Of a stretch of 64,000 nt of DNA, positions 26,101 to 37,458 are shown in pieces. This DNA is from Tubiluchus corallicola (taxonomy: Eukaryota > Animalia > Priapulida). The notes under the pieces are model-generated. The model ran no database searches. It was given only the letters and a program-made list of their open reading frames with translations, and was not told the origin of the DNA. The translations under genes were made by a program, and so were the position numbers. The DNA is taken from contig JAQGDQ010000031.1 in assembly GCA_030141605.1 (NCBI GenBank), positions 744,001-808,000 of the forward strand, in the 5' to 3' direction. Positions within the stretch are counted from its first letter, which is position 1; every line of letters starts with the position of its first letter.

Positions 26101-29100
26101 GTTTTCTACACTTTACATGGCATATGTGAGAGAATGCCATTACATACTATTGTTACTGTCCATTAGATGCCACCACATAACAACTTGAGAATTCTATTGT
26201 CTTTTTTATTAAGTGATAAATAAGTATGATAGGTAAACATTTTTTCATTAAAAAGTGAAATGAAGGTCTTCATTCAAATGGAGAAGAACTGCTCTGCATA
26301 TTTGCCGTCATTTATTTATGTTATACTGTTTTCCTATTTGATCACCTGCTAAAACATGTCGCTTCATTATCAGCCTGTAAGTTATTGCATTAATAAATTC
26401 ATTGTGAATTATAAACATCAATCATAATTCTGCTTGTGAAGCCACTTGCTTACTTTAACATTCACTGTTTCTTTTTCCAAAATTTTTAAACCATTAAGAT
26501 GTTAGCAGAGTTGCTTTGTTTCTTTATAGGGGCTAGTAGGTCATGTTGCTGTTATTAACACCCTCTGCTGGCCAAGAACCGAAGTGATTAAGGTGTCATC
26601 AGCCAAACTGTCATGTTCACTTGATTGTCCAGAACAGGTATCTTCTGACAAAGAATCAAAGTTCTTGCTGCTGTCTGATATTCCTTCGATGGGCATTACA
26701 TCGATTGCCAATTTAGCAGGAGGGACGATGACCACCAAGCTGCCGAACGAATCTCATGCTGTTATACATCAAGATGGTGATATTTTTATCTTGCGCAATG
26801 ATAAACTAACAGCAAGTTTTGATTCATGTGGTAGGCTGGTCTCTTTAAGAGTTTTAGACTTAGAAAAGGAGTTTGTTGCTTTCGGATGTTTGGCTAATCA
26901 ATTTGTTATGTTTGATGATATTCCGTTATACTGGGATGCTTGGGACGTAATGGATTATCACTTACAAACAAGGTGCAGTAACTTTATTTTGATGTATTTA
27001 AATAGTTATAAACTTTTATTATAAAGTTTAAATTTGACTGAACTGGTGCAGAATGTTATTATAAGGTGTCTTTTGAAATCTTTGTAAATGACTGACTGCT
27101 GTGCAGGTAATTGAAAGTTTGCTAAGAAAGCTATTTTATAAATATTGTATTCTTAAGTTTACAGTGTATGAATGCGTTTTTCGTACATTGTTAGTTGAAC
27201 TGCACAACTTGGGCAACTTGTGGTAGTTGCTCTCTTCTGAAGGTCGTTAAAACTCCTGCATGCGAAGAACAAACCATTTTTTTCTAGATTTGAAACAAAC
27301 AAACGCATGACAAGTAAAAAAACTAGGAAACATAAAAAATAACAGTTTGGCGTTTTGCAGTACGTAGTACTTGTTCTGTTTTAAGTACTTCACGAAGATT
27401 TCAAAGCAAGTTAAGTTGGCACTATGTGTAATTTAGAAATTTGTTCTTGGTTTTTAGGAAAGCGGTGAGTAACATCAGATTGGATGCTGTGATTACTGAA
27501 AGTGGGCCTCTTAGAGTAACTCTTCACACTTCTCTTCAAATCAGTGGTGAAGCACCGCCTGGTGAGTTTGGTGGCAGTTACATTGAGCAATGGATTTCTC
27601 TCGATGCATTTTCTCCATACATCAGGTTTTCGACAAAGGTACATACATACAGTTTTGATTCTTCAATTAGCTTGAACTGCAAATCATTGTTTTTGTAATA
27701 GACAGTAATGGTAAACAGCATGCTTTCGGTTACTGAAGCCGAAAATGTATAGTTGTCGTGCCACTGTTCTTCAAAGCCTAGTTGTCGAGGAAGCGTAAAA
27801 TTACAGTACGTTAGTTGTACACTGTCACTGTATAATTTTCACGATCGTGAAATGAAGCCCAGTCATAAATCATTGCTAATACAAACTTACCGTTTATCGG
27901 CTGCATCTCAACGGTATTAAAGTAAAAACTCCTTTGTTATTGTTCTGAATCGTACCCTAATATTGTTATATGCTTGTGGCAGGATCAGAATCTAGCTAAT
28001 TATGTAAATTAATTCACGCCTTAGATTAGACACTGAATTGGTAACTCCCCTAGTGAGAAAAATAGTCAAGGTCATGATGAAACCAGTTATAAACACTTTC
28101 TTTTCTTGATTTTTAAATTAAACATTTTTGAAATTCATAATATTTGTGTCCCATCAATCTGTGGAATGTGGTCAAAATGTCTTTAATGATATATTGTACC
28201 ATATGAACCATATTATTTAAGGCTCACAAAACCAGTTATTTGAGGTTTATGATATTATGTTAACTATAGCTGGAGGCCATGGAATTTTAAAAAACGTATT
28301 TCCCCTGAGGTTCTCAGCCTTGGTAACATGATGTTACTAAGTATGCACCGTGACACTAAGCAAGTCCCTTTGCCTTGAAATAATAATGCTGTGGGCTACA
28401 GTTAGGTGGTCCATTACTGTGCTTTGCCCAAATATGCATGCAATGGTACTGTTGTAGGAAATAATGACTGTAAAAATAGTGTAATGTGAATGAATAATCA
28501 CCCATGAATGCAGTGATCACTTTGTAAACTACTGCTGTACAATTGCTCATGATTGAGAACACATCTGTCATGTATTATTGTGTTTTTCAAATTGGCTAAT
28601 TCAAATAAAGTTAATGCGCCGGTTAGCAAAACAAACATGTTCTAAATTCATCATATTTTTTTAAAAATAGAGATCTTTTTCATACATGGTTAAATAGATC
28701 AACAACATTTATAAGTTGCACAATACTGGTTTAGCTTGGCAAAACTATAGTATAAGCAAGTTCATTCCACCAAAGAGTTCTTGCTCCTGGCTTTAATACA
28801 TTTAACACACAATGATTTGAATGAATTTGACATAATTCAATTAACACACAGCCAAAAAGTCATATACTAATTTAATAATTTATATACCCGTCACATGCCA
28901 ATTATTGTACTTGAGCATTGAATGTAATTTAAGCACAGATTGTCTTGAAAGCATTTTGTACAGGACAGGCACGTCAAAATGCAATTATTCCACACTAATG
29001 ACTGAGATTTTTTGTATAATTGTTTCTCTCAATTTTTATGTATATTCAGCCTAAACTTAGCAGAGTGCATGAAGAGATTATTTACTTGTTTTTAACTAGA

Positions 29101-32100
29101 ACAGCAAATTTCATTTGTTACCACTTAATATTTTTGTACATTTGTAGGTTAAGTGGAATGAGACTCATAAATTTCTGAAAGTTGAGTTTCCATTCAACAT
29201 CCAAACTAGTGTTGCAACTTATGACATTCAGTTTGGTCATCTACACCGGCCAAATCACCTTAATACATCTTGGGACAGTGCCAAGTATGAGGTAAAGTCT
29301 GTCTTTCTCGTGCTGTCTCTCCATCTTCTCTCCCCTCATCTCTTTTGTTACCTTCTCTCCCCCTCCCCCTCTCTCTCTCTCTCTCCTTTCTCTCTCTCTC
29401 TCTCTCTTTCTCTCACATGCAGCAGTTTACTTTTGGGTCTGTTATTTTGCAGTGTAAAAGTTTTGTACCTAGTAAAAAAGAAAAATACCTGGGTCATATT
29501 TTATCAGATGACAATAGAGATGATTTAGATATATTACGACAATGTTCAATTTACTATGGCAGAGCAAATAAATTACTCATGAAATTTACTCACTGTTCAG
29601 GTAACGTGAAGAGACAATTGTTTAATGCTTACTGCAGTGTTTTTCAACCAGTGTGCCGCGGCACACTGATGTGCCATGAGAGATCATCAGGTGTGCCGTG
29701 GGAAATTATCTAATATCACCTAATTAACCATTGTCGGGTGTCTGTGCTGTAATAAAGTGTGGCCGATAATGTAATACTCTTCTATTTCAGTGGGTGGCAG
29801 CAGAGAGCGATAAATGCCTGTAAAGTCAGTAGAGTTAGTGTTTATGTACAGCATCATTACAAATATACTAACTTGACTCTCAAAACACTGCGGGATTGAA
29901 TGATAAACAAGAGAATTATCGCTGTTGTATGTTTGCTTAGTAAATTCGTATACAGTTTACTTTGAGCACATAACTGGTTTAGATATACCATAGTTTAGGT
30001 TTGCTATATATACAAATGCAAATGTGTTGCGGGCAATCAACCACAGACGGCTTCATTAATATAGTAAGTTTTCAGCTTCTTTAGAACTATCAATCGACTT
30101 GATCAGGCGTAATTGTAGGGCCAAAGAATTCCACAATTTGGAGGCAGGAGACGTGAACGATTATGTGACTAGCCTGCCACGTGAGACTTCAAGATTTCAC
30201 CACTTTCTGTGCTGACGCATCAGTCAGAATGGTCACGTGACGCATCAGTCAGAATGGTTGGTGGTGTGCCCGAGGATTTTGGAAATGTAAAAAATGTGCC
30301 GTGGCTCAAAAAAGGTTGAAAATCACTGGCTTACTGCACTACTTTTTATTGTATGTCCACTTGGAGACATTTTTATTCTTACAATCTTAGCAAACTCAAG
30401 GTTGCATATAATGTATCAACACGGAAGCTATTTAACTTTTCATATGATACGAGCGCAAGATATATTTCTACTAGACTTAATATTATTTATTTTGATGTTA
30501 TTCACAGAAAATGTGCATACAGTTTATATGTCAGGCTAAATAAGAGTGAAAATTTTATATGCAAGAACATTTTAAACAGTGATGCAAACTTTACTTCTGC
30601 AATTAGATGTCATTGGCGTAGTTTCTTATATAGTTAATTGTTATTTGTGTTATTGTTGTGGTTCATGATTTATTGTATTATTTGTATTAATTTGTGATGT
30701 GTTTATGAACTTTGCGAAGTTTGAAATAAAATATTAAATTTAAATCTAGATCTTGCTCTTTCCACATTTCATTATTTTTTCCTCATCTCATTTTTTTTGC
30801 TTTCTCTTCAGTGTTTACATGTGTAAAAATTACATCTTTGAGAACCTATATAAATCATATTTTTATAGTTGTTATTACTTATTAACATAGCAAGTGTTAT
30901 CAAAATTTTCAAAAACTGTTCTGGTATCGTTATTTCTCAGGTTTGTGGACACAAATGGATGGCTGTGACAGAGTATGGTAGCGGGGTTGCCATCCTCAAC
31001 GATTGCAAATATGGCTTCTCAACTCTAGGTGGAACAATTAGAATGTCACTGTAAGATCATTTTTATAACTATAGTATCTGTCTTACCTACAATTACATGC
31101 ATATCAAAGTTTTTTTGTACTGTTTGTTATATTGCAAGCTGAAATCCACCTAGCACATAACATCATTCAATTACTAGTACTGAATGATTATGGTAGGACC
31201 CTGATATAACTAATTACCAAGGACAAGACCTGCTGAGATCAGATATTGAAGTGTCTAGGGTCATTAGGATGTAAATACATTTTGTTTCAATAAAAGAAAT
31301 GGCTGGAAGCAGTATGATAGAGGAAACCCCCTAAAGTATTCTCTCTGCTGTCATCAATCTGCTTACTAACTGGATCAAGTGCTATTTATCTTTGTATCCA
31401 TGTGCAGATTTGGCTATTCTGCATTATCTTGTTTTCCGTACAAGAATTTTTTTCAATAAAAGAAATAGCTGGAAGCAGTATGGTAAAGGAAACCCACTAG
31501 CGCTCTCCGTGCAGTCACCTATCCACTTACTAGCCGGTTCCAGTGCTGTTTACCTTTGTATCCATGTGCATATTTAGCTATTCTGGATTATCTTGTTTTT
31601 TATTTGAAATGTGAAATATTGGTCATTGGTTATTTGTTCAAAGGTTGCGATCACCCAAAAGTCCTGATCCATACTCTGACATGGGCGAGCATTCGTTCGA
31701 ATATGCACTTATGCCATTCAAAGGTAAGTCACAGATTTAATTCTCCAGTACCATTGTAAAACATTTTACTGGTGTAAAAGTTTATTAACCAAAAAAAACT
31801 GGTTACCAAAAAATTAGAGTGTGCACACACTATATTGATTTTCTTATTGATTTTGGTTGTTGGTTTGTTTGCGAAATAGGAAGCAAAATTGTTATTTATT
31901 TTTGGGTTTTGTGAGAAAATTTGCATCATTGTTCTCTTTAAATATCCCAAAAAAGTAAGTGAATTCTGATGAAATTTTGTACAAGTATTTGGCTGTACTG
32001 TGGCTGAAGGATCATTCACTTAGATTTGCTGATCTGGTGATTGCTTAAGAAGTCAAAAAAATCTAATTTTTACAAGGAAAATTCTGTTTTTGTGGTATTT

Positions 32101-35100
32101 TGTTGAATACTGAAAAAGTAAAAAAAATAATGTAAGTTCACACATATCCTGATTCACTCTTCATTTGTAACCTTCTGCAGTAAATTTGCCTCATATACAC
32201 ATAGCACTGATTGGAGTTTTATAAAGATTGCACATGGAACCATTATCAGAAAAGAAATGTAGGAGAACTTACCAGTGATCAGAGATAAGAAATCCATTGG
32301 TCTACTGAATGGAATCAGTAATTGGTAAAAGTGATGGGAAGCCCATTTTTTATTTGATCTGTGACTTGGAAACAAGGCATCCTGTGAGCCTAGCTTGTTT
32401 TAGTTTCTGATGGTATAGCATCTTTTTCTACACATTTTAATCCAGGTTCTTTCCAGTCTGCTAGTGTTATTCAACAAGCTTACAACTTGAACAGTCCGCT
32501 CAGTATCCAATTCACTCAAGATGTCCTTCACCATTCTTTTGTGAAGGTGGATAATCCTGCTGTCGTCATAGAGACAGTCAAGCTAGTAAGTATTTTCTAA
32601 GTTGTTTGATTTCTGATCTTTACTTTGGATTTATTCCACTTTTTTGTTGTTAAAAATATAAATTATATTGTAAACTTAAAACAAGAAACCAAACTTGATT
32701 TTTATTTTTCTGTCTCACATGCCGAGTCACTAACTTTTCTTTTTTTGTGTATTTTTGTCTGATAATTGTTGATCAATATTTTATAAAATTTTAAGTATGT
32801 GAGCTTTGTCATTTCTACTACTTTCTACTTAAGACTTCATTTCATGTTGCTTTCAGTGCGCAAAAACGAAAGTTCTAAATTTGGTCAATAGTCTCGTCTT
32901 GGGAGCGTAACAATGAATATTTAGATATTTGTTGCTTAGTAGTGACCTTTTTATGGATACTAATTTGACCTACACGACTCTAGGCATGAAAAAAGTCTCG
33001 CAAAATCTTCTTCTGTGACTTGAGGTCTAATAAAGTTCCCGTTAGCCAATCACAGCATTTGATTAATTATCTTTGTGTTTATTACAAATGGACTTTGTAA
33101 TAAAAATATTGTTTAAACTAATAAAGTTCCTTTGGTAATTTTATATTTTGCTTTATCTTATGCTTGATGAATTTTTTTAATAACTTGTGTATTGCTTTTA
33201 TTACTTGAGATTTAACAAGTATGAGGTTACAAAGATGTCTTAGTAACTTGTGGTTTGCATTTCACCTCCCATAGGTACTATATGACTGGGAATTTGAACA
33301 GATGAAAACATATATTTTTGTCAGTCTGACAAATATTGATTAAATCTTTGCTCGTTTTACTAGCAAATCATTACTGATGAAGTATGATCGTCTAGTTTCT
33401 GATAGTAGCTAAAATTGTGACTGACTTCGACTCACACTGGAATAAAAATTTCTTAAAATCCTTGTTACAAGAGCTTTCAACATTTCCTCAGATGTCCAAT
33501 TAATCTGTTCGAATCTTTATTTCACAAAATCTATTGAGTATACTCTTGTGTTACTCTAGGTGGATGCACTTGACACTCGAGACACGGTTCCCTTAGTAAT
33601 GCGAATATACGAGTCGTTCGGAGGGACGGCTAATGCAACAGTGTCGTTGTTCGAATCACTTGATCATCGCATACTAATTACTAAAGTTATCGAGTAAGTA
33701 GGCAATAAGCATAGTGTGTTGTATTGTGAAATTTTTTGAACTTTTGCAACTTTTAAAGATCTTTCCAGCTTTGCTAAAATGCAACATAATGTATCTTTTG
33801 TGTTGATTTTTTTTAAAAAGGCATAAGTTTATTTTTTCTCAATCCAGCCAACAGATAGCACCTGAAACATAATGCATAATGTATTATTATTGTCACTGTT
33901 TATGGCACCTGTGTCATCATTTACTTACTTTATTTTCGACTATACAAGAGCTAGAATACCATTAAGACAATAGAACAGAATGCTCACATAAACTGATTTA
34001 CTTCTGATAGTGAGCTTTCTGTTCATGTGCTCACTGTGTTAATGTGTCCATGCTTGTAACATGGACGACAGTGGCATAGCTAAGATCGGGCAGTCTGCCC
34101 CGGGCAGCACTTTCTCAAGTGCACAGAAAAGGTTGATTGTGTCAGAACAGTTGAATGGCAAAACACCTGACCGCAGTGCATTATTATAAATTTTGATCAA
34201 TTTATCTCCAACTGGAATGCAAAATGCTAAATCTAAAATCTAAAATTGCAAGTACATTGCTATGTTGGTTGGACAAAGAACATTTAAACTCTTGGCAGCA
34301 TTACATTTCTATAGAATACAAGTGACTAAAAACAAAATCAAGTGTTGAAAGACATGTACATGTACAGTCAAATCTCTTTAAACCACCCACTTTGGAACTG
34401 CAAAAAGTTGGCATTATAACGAGTTTGACATTATAATTGTTACGTACGTTAGTGCATGTTACCTTCGCAATATAGCTAAACATTTTTTCATCTACTGAAT
34501 TTCACTTAGATGTGATTAGTTCATATAGCTTTTTCAGTCTGCCAAATTTTGCTTAACGCAAAAAAACATTCTAGCTGCAGTAGAACTCATCAAGCAGGTG
34601 GGAGCGATTAGTTGATTACTCTTTATTTGGACACTGTAGTGGTTTCACAAGATTTGTACTAAAAGTGTCGTGATGTAACATTTTATGCTATTATGAATGT
34701 GACATGTTACTGTACATTAATTGCTGGTTTTTACAAAGGTAACATGTTGCATGGACATTACTGGAAATAGTGATATGTTACTACGGTAGTAGTTACATAA
34801 AACATTCTGCAATTAGTATGTTACTTGTCAGTTATAACATGTTACTATGCAACATTATATTTATGTTGTTTTTTCAAGTCAGAAAATTGTAGGTACAATT
34901 TGCTTGCAATGACTTCACCATGCAATGAATGAGACATTACTACATGTATGTCTGTTGTTTTTGTCATTCATGCATTGTTTTCCATTGTTTATTTTTACTT
35001 TTTTCCATGTAGGTCAAACATTTATGAAGAAGTAACAGAAAGTTCTAGAATCCATCAGACTGAAGGCAGCAGCTTCAAAATACAACTTACACCATTTCAA

Positions 35101-35205
35101 GTGAAAACACTTCTAGTTTATCTACATGTTGATCAAATACCAATTAGAATTTCCAAGGAGTATTGGAAGCTTCAGCAAAGATTTGCACCTAGTGGAGATA
35201 AATAA
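8497..35205 (+). CDS. MAN2C1: Cytosolic alpha-mannosidase 2C1 (GH38), 25 coding exons, 3303 nt, about 1100 aa
   Basis: Exons: 8497-8594, 9002-9127, 9477-9600, 9754-9824, 11893-12067, 13209-13306, 14178-14269, 15446-15552, 16225-16335, 17595-17687, 17976-18092, 19059-19154, 19973-20064, 20841-20894, 22850-22973, 24076-24188, 24954-25140, 26530-26972, 27458-27638, 29148-29291, 30941-31050, 31644-31723, 32446-32585, 33560-33693, 35013-35205 (TAA). Motifs [90 protein letters not shown]. Confidence 0.96.
9985..10127 (-). mobile_element. tRNA-derived SINE (head 10054-10127) with a 28-bp tandem duplication in the body
   Basis: Minus strand GGTCCAGTAGCTCAGTTTGG (A-box)...GTTCAACTCC (B-box); degenerate cloverleaf; ATTCCTACA(T/G)TGAATAGCATAA(A/C)GGCTA x2 at 9985-10040. 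Confidence 0.65.
10308..10770 (-). mobile_element. Internally deleted RTE-clade non-LTR retrotransposon (5'UTR fused to ORF C-terminus, (GAA)n tail)
   Basis: Minus-strand translation [19 protein letters not shown]...EVRILR*MMGITR...IRNNNIRG...[11 protein letters not shown]...[14 protein letters not shown], then GAAGAAGAA. The 5' part carries AGGAAGGGCATCC...GTAAAAACTGTGCC. Confidence 0.8.
10728..10762 (-). ncRNA. Twister self-cleaving ribozyme core (3' two-thirds intact; 5' cleavage strand degenerate or missing)
   Basis: Minus strand UGCCGGUCCCAAGCCCGGAUAAA-UAGG-GAGGG-UU: P4 stem CCGG/CCGG, loop UCCCAAGC, pseudoknot partner GAGGG. Confidence 0.75.
11441..11614. mobile_element. MITE family A copy 2
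   Basis: TA|CAGTCAAAC...GTTTGATTG|TA; homologous to 674-859. Confidence 0.7.
12489..12924. mobile_element. hAT-type MITE
   Basis: TIR TAGGGTTGCCAGA / TCTGGCAGCCCTA; degenerate 8-bp TSD TGTATGTA / TTCATGTA. Confidence 0.7.
13970..14153. repeat. Compound (CT)n/(CA)n microsatellite just upstream of MAN2C1 exon 7
   Basis: Directly visible alternating CT and CA tracts. Confidence 0.95.
15530..15955 (+). repeat. Minisatellite of about 38 bp, about 11 copies, starting inside MAN2C1 exon 8
   Basis: Unit similar to TTTGTTT(G/A)(C/T)TCATTATTTTCACATGTTCACAGGTATTT; TTCA(C/T) anchors recur about every 37-39 bp. Confidence 0.85.
20535..20607 (-). mobile_element. Degenerate tRNA-derived SINE head
   Basis: Minus strand ...CAATGGTTAGAACAGCTGCC...GTCTCGGGTTCGTGGACCAGTGGAGG; A/B-box remnants at tRNA spacing. 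Confidence 0.45.
21108..21250. mobile_element. Partial copy of MITE family B
   Basis: GCTTAATAGACTCACTTTGGGA(T/C)GGA...TTTTGAC shared with the left end of 25173-25811. Confidence 0.6.
25173..25811. mobile_element. Tigger/pogo-like MITE family B copy 2
   Basis: TA|CAGTAGGCG...CACCTACTG|TA; homologous to 4702-5458. Confidence 0.8.
29300..29415. repeat. CT-rich microsatellite
   Basis: Directly visible (CT)n tract after MAN2C1 exon 20. Confidence 0.85.
29430..30750 (+). mobile_element. 5'-truncated L2/Daphne-like LINE (RT C-terminus and 3'UTR), interrupted by a hAT element
   Basis: [20 protein letters not shown]...[26 protein letters not shown]|TTFYCMSTW...KLKVAYN; stop at 30637; AATAAA at 30725. 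Confidence 0.75.
29635..30328. mobile_element. hAT (Charlie-like) non-autonomous transposon
   Basis: TIR CAGTGTTTTTCAACC / GGTTGAAAATCACTG; perfect 8-bp TSD GCTTACTG (29627-29634, 30329-30336); GTGTGCC subterminal repeats. Confidence 0.9.
31281..31600 (+). repeat. Diverged tandem duplication of about 165 bp in MAN2C1 intron 21
   Basis: TTTCAATAAAAGAAAT(G/A)GCTGGAAGCAGTATG...CTTTGTATCCATGTGCA...GCTATTCTG occurs twice. Confidence 0.85.
34365..34480. mobile_element. MITE family A copy 3 (partial, inverted relative to copies 1 and 2)
   Basis: TA|CAGTCAAATCTCTTT...CCCACTTTGG...GGCATTATAACGAG is the reverse complement of the right half of 674-859. Confidence 0.6.
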
Positions 35206-37458
35206 CAAACTGAAATACCATTTACTGATCAATGTGTAGATAGTAAAAGAAACTCTAAACTATTTTCATTTTTACTGATATTGCTATTTTATTTTTTAAG
35301 AATTTGACACTGATTCAAAGTAAAATTACAACATATGTTGAAAATTGAGGATCTATATCAATATTATCTATTATGGAAATCAACAACTATGAAAATATCC
35401 AAAATTAAATCACTTTTTATTTACATATTATAGGAAGCAAATTTATTGAATTTCTGCAATTTACAAAATCTCTGTTAGCTTTCTGCCATTACTTGGAATG
35501 TTTTTGAGAAAGTTTTAGTCAGTGATCTGAATTGAATGCTAACTGAGAGCCTCTCGGCGAGACTTACTCGACTATAGCCTATATAATAAAACTGTTGTCA
35601 CACAGCTTCATAGCATTGACACACTACTAAAATGAGCAACTTAATTTTGCAGCGAGCTCTATACTATACCTCCAATTGATTGTACTTTACATTTTTACCA
35701 CAAATATAGCTTTGACATGAAAACAGTTTTGCATAAATCTGCATGCAAGCCTGTTGTGCAAAAATATGTAACACCTAATTAACAAAGATTATGGCAAAGC
35801 TATTACAGAACAGGCTTGTCTTATTCAGACAGGTTAGCTTCAGTAGCTTCGTGCTAACAATTTTACCACTTTGGCATCAAAACGCCAAGTATTTATAACA
35901 GGCCTCAAACAGACTATTTGTTACAAATGACTGGGTTTCCCAATGCCGACAGTGTTAGTAATGCCAAAATATTCTGCGTTATTGTCTACAGTAACTGCAC
36001 GTCTGATGGCCACCCGCAGTACATAATGCAACAGCTCAGCAGTGATCTCAACCGCTGAAAGAGCCAGCTGGCCATGGACGAATGCCACTTTTGTTATTAG
36101 TTAATCGTTTAGTGGCCGTATTCAACCTGTGCCGTTTTATATAAAAGCTATATAAGTGCCATTATCAGTGAAAAGATATTGTTGATCAACACAAGCTGTC
36201 GCCATTTTTAATTGCAGCTTTGCACAGGATGCTCGTATAAAATAATGGTAATCACATTTTTGTTTCATTTCATGACATGCCTGGATACCATTATAATACA
36301 TGTATAAGTTTTAATAAATCGAATTACAACAGGTTAAAGCATTTGATTTTTGTGACTATGATATTAAAAAAAACTCATTCTTCTCTCTATCTGTTTATTG
36401 TCAACTTTCTGATGGTTAGCTGAGTACAGTGGACAAATCCATATCATTTCCAGGCATCCAGACAACTGTAGGGTTAACACATGCATAAAACATGCACAAT
36501 TATACAATTTATCCATTCATTTAATTGATGCTATAACGTTCCATGCTATATACGTGATAATTAAAGTGTGTCATGTTATCAATGCAAACAAACAAACATC
36601 GTCACATATTTTGAAGCGAATATATCCATAATTTATTATAATGTTTTTAATAACAAAACAAGGTAAGGTGAACTCAAGCTAAGTTACCACGTAAGTCTCA
36701 CATATTTACCATTTCAGCTAGCTGATGATTAATGGAAGGAACTGACTGCCTGACTACATTATATACTAGAGTAAAATTACAAGTATCTACAAGTACACAT
36801 TTTCAGATATGAAAACAATATTATGGCATACAATAAGATAGGTTATGGTCATACGAAAGCTCCATAGTTTATTCAAACACTCTCCTCTCCAAGCCTCAAA
36901 CAGATTAACGTAGAACAAAAAAACATTAAATCAAAGTTATGTCTATTAAGCTTTTGAAATGTATTGAATTTATCATCAATCTATTAAAAGACTGTGCTAT
37001 GTTACACAAAATCAAAATATTTCTGAGAAAAGAAAGTTGACCTTAAGCATATGGATCTTTCCGGTGTCTCATTTTGGCAGACTGGTAATGTAGCATAATC
37101 CTTGGTCTACCATCCTATTGCATTTCATTCATGGATGCACAATTTATATTAAGGGTAGACAAGAAATTTCAGGAAAGACAAGCTTTTTCTTAAGGAAAAC
37201 CTTTTCCAACTGTCTCACCAGTATATTCTTTATTACAGAGACTTTGAGGTAAATTTGTGTAAAAAGTTATGTCTATGAAAATCTCAATTTCATTGAGAAT
37301 ATGGACTCAGCATCTCAAATAGAATCTCCTCTGTGCTCAAGTACTACTTGCATTAATTGTTTGATTTAGGTTATCATGTGATTTACTAAGAACAGAAAAC
37401 CTTTTTGCACTGCTGACATGATTACATAATTGTAAACTTTCACCATTCATAATACTAT

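Noticed and set aside
31305-31370. SECIS element (ATGA...AAA)
   Set aside because: Spacing is too short, the site is intronic, it is lost in the second copy and no in-frame UGA occurs in the genes.
33375-33425. C/D box snoRNA (TGATGA...CTGA)
   Set aside because: Only about 50 nt, no terminal stem and no recognisable rRNA guide.
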